64,000 nucleotides of DNA from the human T2T-CHM13v2.0 reference genome, Homo sapiens, in the NCBI RefSeq assembly GCF_009914755.1, contig NC_060941.1. The stretch is one strand, 5' to 3'. Positions 57,880-64,000 of this stretch are shown here, piece after piece. The position numbers were made by a program, and so were the translations under genes. Position 1 is the stretch's first letter; each line of letters begins with the position of its first letter. The notes under the pieces were generated by a model. It was not told the DNA's origin and did no database searches. It saw only the letters and a list, made by a program, of their open reading frames with translations.

Positions 57880-58780
57880 TGAACCTATGTAAGAGGCCTA
57901 GGAAAGTACAAACACTGAAAGAAAAAATTGGAAGTAATGCATTTATTTAAAGGCAAGGGAACCAAAAGCTGAGCCCCTGACTTTAAGTATATCCCCTGTA
58001 TCACACAGAAGACTGTTTCTATGCAACAGAAATACAAATGGAAGGCAATGTTGATGTCTAACAGTTACGGTAATACTTCATACAAAAATGTATAACCACC
58101 AGCAGCATGGAACCACCGAGCACTGTGGCAACAGCAATGTGCATTTCATATCTCCGAAGTGATGGAGGTGAAAGGAGAGAAACAGGAGAATTTGGTGAGC
58201 AGCTCAGTTGCAAAGCAAGCCCTGAATTGTTTGAGAGGTTTAAGAACAGTACATAAATGCATAACATTAAATATCACTGATAAATAAATTAGCTTCCGCT
58301 GATAGCGAGACTGCAACAAACTTTCCCCCAATGAATTGCAGAAAACTATTAATAAAGGAGAAATATTGGAAAGCAAATTTATAACTGACAAAAATAGACC
58401 TTTCTTAAAGAATGCCATCTTGTGCTTTGGTAAGAAATTTAAAAAGAAAACGTGTCAGGCTAACATTGCTTTTATATTTAAAAAATTGAGCGATGTTAAG
58501 CTAAAGCCTTTGCTGATATACTCTGAAAACCCAACAATACTTAAGAGCAACCTGTAAAACAAAAGTAAGGACTCATCACAACCTATGAGATTAAATATCA
58601 ATTACTGATGCCGTTTCTGATGCAGGATGATGATGAAGACAAAACTCCTTTAATTAAGGATTTTAAGGAAGAACCTAAGAAGGCATACGAATTCATCAAA
58701 ATGAAAATGAATTAATCAGATAAGAAACTAGTCCCTTTCAATTTACTGCTGACCTCCAAAGTTTAGAGAAAGTCATCTCC
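57880..58780 (+). mobile_element. TcMar-Tigger (pogo-like) transposase fossil
   Basis: Degenerate peptides KAS..LFERFKN, HNIK, ASADSETATNFPNELQKTINKGE, QIYN.D and DVKLKPLLIYSENPTILK resemble Tigger/TIGD HTH-CENPB and DDE_1 domains; boundaries approximate. Confidence 0.8.
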
Positions 58781-59487
58781 CAAAGGAAAAATTATTAGAT
58801 CTTACTAAGGAGACTGGGCTGAGAGAACAGCTTTGTCGCCCAGGCTGGAGTGCAGTGGCACAATCACAGTTCACTAAAGCCTTGACCTCCTGGACTCAGG
58901 CAATCCTCCCGAGCCTCCTGAGTAGCTGGGTCTATAGGTACATGGCACCATGCCCAATTCATTTTTATATTTTTTGTAGAGGCAGGGTTTCACCATGGGC
59001 ATCATGGTCTCGAAGTGGGCTCAAGCAATCTGCCCACCTCGGCCTCCCAAAGTCCTGGGATTACAGGTGTGAGCCACTGCACCTGGCCAGTAACTAGTAT
59101 TTTTAATGCTTTATATAATGGAAGAAAGGGGTGGAAATTTGTTACATAGATATATTTAGAGCATTTCATTTGCAACCCTTAATGTAATAATCCAGGCAAG
59201 GATGATCAATGGATGCTAAAACCATTAAGTGAAAAGGTCACTGGAGAACAGAATATGATGCCCAAGCATCACCCCACAGATTACTCACCAGTAAAAAGAG
59301 ATAATGCATCTTCGCAACGGAGAAATCTGGCAATCACCAAATAATTGTTCGAATTTAGAACCATTAACCCAAGAATGTGTATCTTCTTATTTGATGCAAA
59401 ATGGTATACACAAGCTTCATCTATGACATACTCTTGCCCCTCCCCCAAAATGTTTACACTGAATCAAATCAAGCTTCTTAGGTTAGA

Positions 59488-59786
59488 CCTGCACTTTCTA
59501 ATATAATAGCCACTAGTCGCATGTGGCTACTGAGCACCTAAGAAGTGGCTAGTCTTACTTAACATGTGCTGCAAATGTAAAATATAAACTGGATTTTTGA
59601 AGACTTTGTGAGAAAAAAGTTATGCTGATTCCATCTTGAAATTATATTTTGGGTATATTGAGTTAAATGAATTATTAAAATGAATTTTACCTATCTTTTT
59701 ACATTTCTAAATGTGGTTACAATTTTAAAATCACACATTAGGCTTTCATGTGTGGTTCCCATGTTTCTATTAGATAGTACTGCTAC
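59488..59786. mobile_element. MER33-like hAT-Charlie MITE
   Basis: atagccactagtcgcatgtggctactgagcac ... tttctattagatagtactgct. Confidence 0.75.
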
Positions 59787-59853
59787 AGTTTGCAGGAAAT
59801 CTAGGGGATGTGGAAATAAGTGAAACAATTGCTTTATTTATAAAGTGAGATAG

Positions 59854-59970
<117 letters not shown>

Positions 59971-60135
59971 TGATTTCTTGAGAAAATAATTAGAAAAATC
60001 CACAATGTTGAATAGGATACTCTATTTAACAACTAGTTTAAGGCCGGGCGCGGTGGCTCACGCCCGTAATCCCAGCATTTTGGGAGGCCAAGATGGGCGG
60101 ATCACGAGGTCAGGAGATCGAGACCATCCTGGCTA

Positions 60136-60439
<304 letters not shown>

Positions 60440-60799
60440 CTATAATGGTAAGATACACGTCAAATATTTCTCTAAACCCATAGAATGTACAATACCAAAA
60501 GTGAACCCTGATATAAATGATGGGATTGTGGGTGATGACGTGTCAATGTAGTCCATCAGTCATAACTCTATTTCAGTAGTTTTAAAACTTCAACCAACTA
60601 TTTCTTCACCTGCTAGCAGTTACATGGTTTTTGTTTTTAAATAACTCTTAAAATTGTACATATTTACATTGCATGTATCACACATATGTACACTATTCTG
60701 TATAAGTGAATATATGAAAGAGACATATGCTGGAAAGACAAAAGTAAAATAAAGAGAGCTTAAGAGACTTCTAAACAACTGAATCTTTTCCTCAAACAC

Positions 60800-62826
60800 A
60801 AAAAAATCCACCCAAAGCAATTTACAAATACAATGTAATCCCTGTATCAAAATCCCAACAACTTTTGGAAAACCCATCCTAAAATTCACACCCCAAATTG
60901 CCGAAACATTCTTGAAAACAAGAACAAAGTTGGAGAACTCACATGTCCTGATTCCAAGGCTTACTACAAAACGACAATAATCAAAACACTGTGGTATTGG
61001 CAAAAAGACAGACATAATATACACCAATGAAACAAAATAAGAGCCTAGAAATAAAACCCTTGCATATATGGCCAACTGATTTTCAACAAGGTTGACTAGA
61101 CCGCTCAATGAGGAAAGAAAATCTTTCAATAAACAACACTAGGGAAACTGGATATCCATAAGCAAAAGAATGAAGGTGGATTCTTTCCTTACATGATATG
61201 CAAAAAATAACTCTAAATGAACTGAAAACTTAAACGTAAGAGCTAAAACTTTAAAACTCTCAGGCGAAAAAATAAGAGAAAATCTTCAAGACATTGGATT
61301 TAGCAACAAACTCTTGGACATGACACCAAGAGCAATAGAGACAAAAGAAAAAATAAATGATCTGGATCAAAATTTAAAACTTTAGTTCATCAAAAGCAAC
61401 CCCCAAAAAAATGGGAAAAATATTGTAAATCACCTATCTGATAAAGGATTAATATCCAGAATACAAAAAGAACTCATACAACTCAATAACAACAAGAAAA
61501 CCAATGCAAAAATGGGCAAATGACTTGAATAGGCATTTCTCCAAAGATAAAAAGATGTCTGGTCAACAAGCACAATGCAAAGATGCTCAATATCACTAAT
61601 AATAGAAGAAATTCAAAACCACAATGAGATACCACTTCACACCAATTAGAATTGCTATTAAACACACACACAGAAAATGACAAGTGTTGACAAGAATGTA
61701 GAGAAATTAGAACCCCATGCATTGCTAATGGGAATGTAAGAGGATGCAACCATTGTGAAAGGCGGCATGGCATGTCCTCAAAATATTAAACTTAGAATTA
61801 CCATATGATCCAGCAATTTCACTTCTGGTTATATATGCAAAAGAATTAAAGCAGGGGGTCAAACAGATGTTTGTACACCAATGTTCAAAGCAGCATTATT
61901 CACAACAGTCAAAACGTGGAAACAACCCAATTGTCAACCAACAGATGAATGGATAAACAAAATGTGCAGTATATACATACAACAGGATGTTACTCAGCTT
62001 TAAAAAGGAATGAAATTATGATACATTCTACAACATGAATGAACTTGAAAATATTATGCCAAGTGCAATAAGCCAGATACAAAAGGATAAATATTGTATG
62101 AGTCCACTTACATGAAAATACCTTGCAGCCAGGTGCAGTGGCTCACACCTGTAATCCCAGCACTTGGGAGGCCAAGGTGGGCAGATCACCTGAGGTCAGG
62201 AGTTTGAAACCAGCCAGGCCAACATGGCAAAACCACGTCTCTACTAAAATACAAAAATTGGCCAGGCACGGTGGCTCACGCCTGTAATCCCAGTACTTTG
62301 GGAGGCCGAGGCAGGTGGATCACCTGAGTTCAGAAGTTCGAGGCCAGCCTGACCAACATGGCAAAACCCCGTCTCTACCAAAAATACAAAATTAGCCAGG
62401 CATGGTGGCTCATGCCTGTTAATCCCAGCTACTCGGGAGGCTGAGGCAGGAAGAATCGCTTCAACCTGGGAGGCAGAGGTTGCAGTGAGCCGAGATCGCG
62501 CCACTGCACTCCAGCCTGGGTGACAGAGCAAGACTCTGTCTCAAAAAAAATACAAAAATACAAAAATAGCCGTAGTGGCGTAGTGGCGGGCACCCCTAAT
62601 CCAGCTACTTGGGAGGCTGAGGCAGGAGATTCGCTTGGAACCGGGAAGCAGAGGTTGTACTGAGCCAAGATCACACCACTGCACCCCAGCCTGGGCAACA
62701 GAGCGAGACTGTCACAAATAAAAGAAACAGAAAAAGAAAAGAAAATACCTTGAGAAGTCAAACTCAGAGAGAGAAAATAGAATGGGGGTTGCCAGGGGCT
62801 CAGGATAAAGAGGGATGAGGAGTTAC
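60800..62826 (+). mobile_element. Old L1 (L1MA/MB-type) ORF2 3' end and 3'UTR, interrupted by nested Alus
   Basis: Typical L1 motifs (ttactacaaa..cagtaatcaaaacac..tggtattggc, gatccagcaatttcacttctgg, acagatgaatggataaacaaaatgtg). Confidence 0.85.
62127..62745 (+). mobile_element. Nested Alu-in-Alu-in-L1: inner AluS (~62260-62545) inserted in the A-rich linker of an outer AluS
   Basis: Outer TSD gaaaataccttg (62114-125 / 62741-752); inner TSD aaatacaaaaat. Confidence 0.85.
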
Positions 62827-62847
62827 CGGTTTGTGTGTTTGTTTATT

Positions 62848-62896
62848 AAGACTTAGTTAAGTACAGTAGTGAGAAGGGGGAAGAGTAGAATGGAGT
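62848..62896 (-). pseudogene. Y1 RNA (RNY1) retropseudogene, 3' half only, with degenerate A-rich tail at 62829-62847
   Basis: Minus strand ACTCCATTCTACTCTTCCCCCTTCTCACTACTGTACTTAACTAAGTCTT versus hY1 3' end ACTCCTTGTTCTACTCTTTCCCCCCTTCTCACTACTGCACTTGACTAGTCTTT. Confidence 0.82.
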
Positions 62897-62969
62897 AGTT
62901 AAAAAGTCCAATATACATATCAGAAGTGTGGGACACATCAAATGGAAGCCAAGCATATTCCTACCTCCT

Positions 62970-63310
62970 TGTGTGGCAGGTCCTAAAATACAGACGGACT
63001 GTGTCATTACTCTGAATCACCCTCAAGCCTTCGACGTGGCCCACACCCAAAGACAGCACCATTAATAACCTATCACGTACTTAGGATTCCTCCCAATACA
63101 GTACTCAGCAGCCACACCCGCCAAATAAATCCATGATGAGACATCTGCCATCCTTGCCTTAACATAAGTGACCTCTGAGAACAAATCTGCCCTTCTCTTC
63201 CTTCTGCAGGAACCCTTTCTCCTTTCCTTTGTGTAGAGCTTCTCCTGTGAAAGGCCCATTTTGGCCCATGTGCAGTGCAAGTAGACCGATACTCTCAGTC
63301 TCGCTGTTAA
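62970..63310. mobile_element. Possible old LTR fragment (unclassified)
   Basis: Begins TGTGGCAGG, GC content raised relative to flanks, internal AATAAA at 63124; family not recognised. Confidence 0.3.
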
Positions 63311-64000
63311 AGAAAGAGAGCAGAAATAACTCCGAATGGATCACCAAAATTTCTTAGTTTTGGAAAGAATATCAAATTCCACCAAGTTGCAAGTCATCAT
63401 TTCAGAGAATGGAAACTCAAAGCCTTGACTAGAATGATGGTTAATCTGGTTCTCCCAGCTGAGAACCCATATATTAAGCTAAACTAGTCTGGCTTTATTT
63501 AAAAACTAAGTAAACAAAATGAGAAATGCTTTTCACAAGTTAATTTTTAAAGTAAATGTACAAGGTGTATATTGTTTTATGTTGTCCAAAATATCAACAT
63601 ACTGGTTTTGCAAAAGCCCTTTACTACCGTATGCATACAAAAAAAGTTCTTCCCTTGGGTGATTTAATAGACCTAGTAAATGTCAGATAACTTAAATATT
63701 TTCGCCAGCAAGAGATACAGTAAAGTCTATGATTTTGATCTGAATTCAGTGCCCTGTACCCTGACTACTGCAGAGGAGAAGGCGATAAAATAAGAGGATG
63801 CTGTCATGCTTGCTCCTTAGCTTCTTTTGCATTCCTCTACATCTTATTCCATTTACAAGTTTATCTGTGTGAGGTACCAAGAACCCATAAAACAACCCTG
63901 AAGTTATTTATACATTTATTCAAACTTATAAAAGAAACCTAAGCACGTAGAAAATTGCAATGTAGCTAAGTTTTTTTCAAAAACAAATTAGGAAATTATT

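Noticed and set aside
60620-61773. 169-aa and 96-aa minus-strand ORFs
   Set aside because: Antisense frames of a decayed L1 ORF2
63062-63347. Lys/Arg-rich 72-aa ORF
   Set aside because: No protein family recognised and no true ATG at the ORF start; more likely LTR-like non-coding DNA

Overview
Human (primate) genomic DNA, very Alu-dense (about 55-60 Alu copies or fragments). It holds the 3' five exons of the ubiquitin-conjugating enzyme gene UBE2G1 on the minus strand: coding exons 2-5 at 42370-42268, 32062-31965, 24671-24493 and 18190-18067, and a ~3.3 kb non-coding last exon at 7757-~4500. Exon 1 lies beyond the right edge. All introns read GT-AG, and the spliced frame gives residues 16-170 including catalytic Cys90. 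The introns contain a processed MFSD1 pseudogene (antisense to the host gene), a Y1 RNA fragment, a Tigger transposase fossil, L1/L2/MIR/LTR/MER relics and a strong CTCF motif. The most unusual element is a chimeric retrocopy in the 3'UTR intron: U3 snoRNA nt 1-70 fused to the 3' end of RPL9 mRNA, in the host sense orientation, carrying two AATAAA signals downstream of the UBE2G1 stop codon. Most ORFs in the supplied track are Alu or other repeat artefacts. Gene, RNA and repeat identities come from recalled reference sequences, not from a database search.
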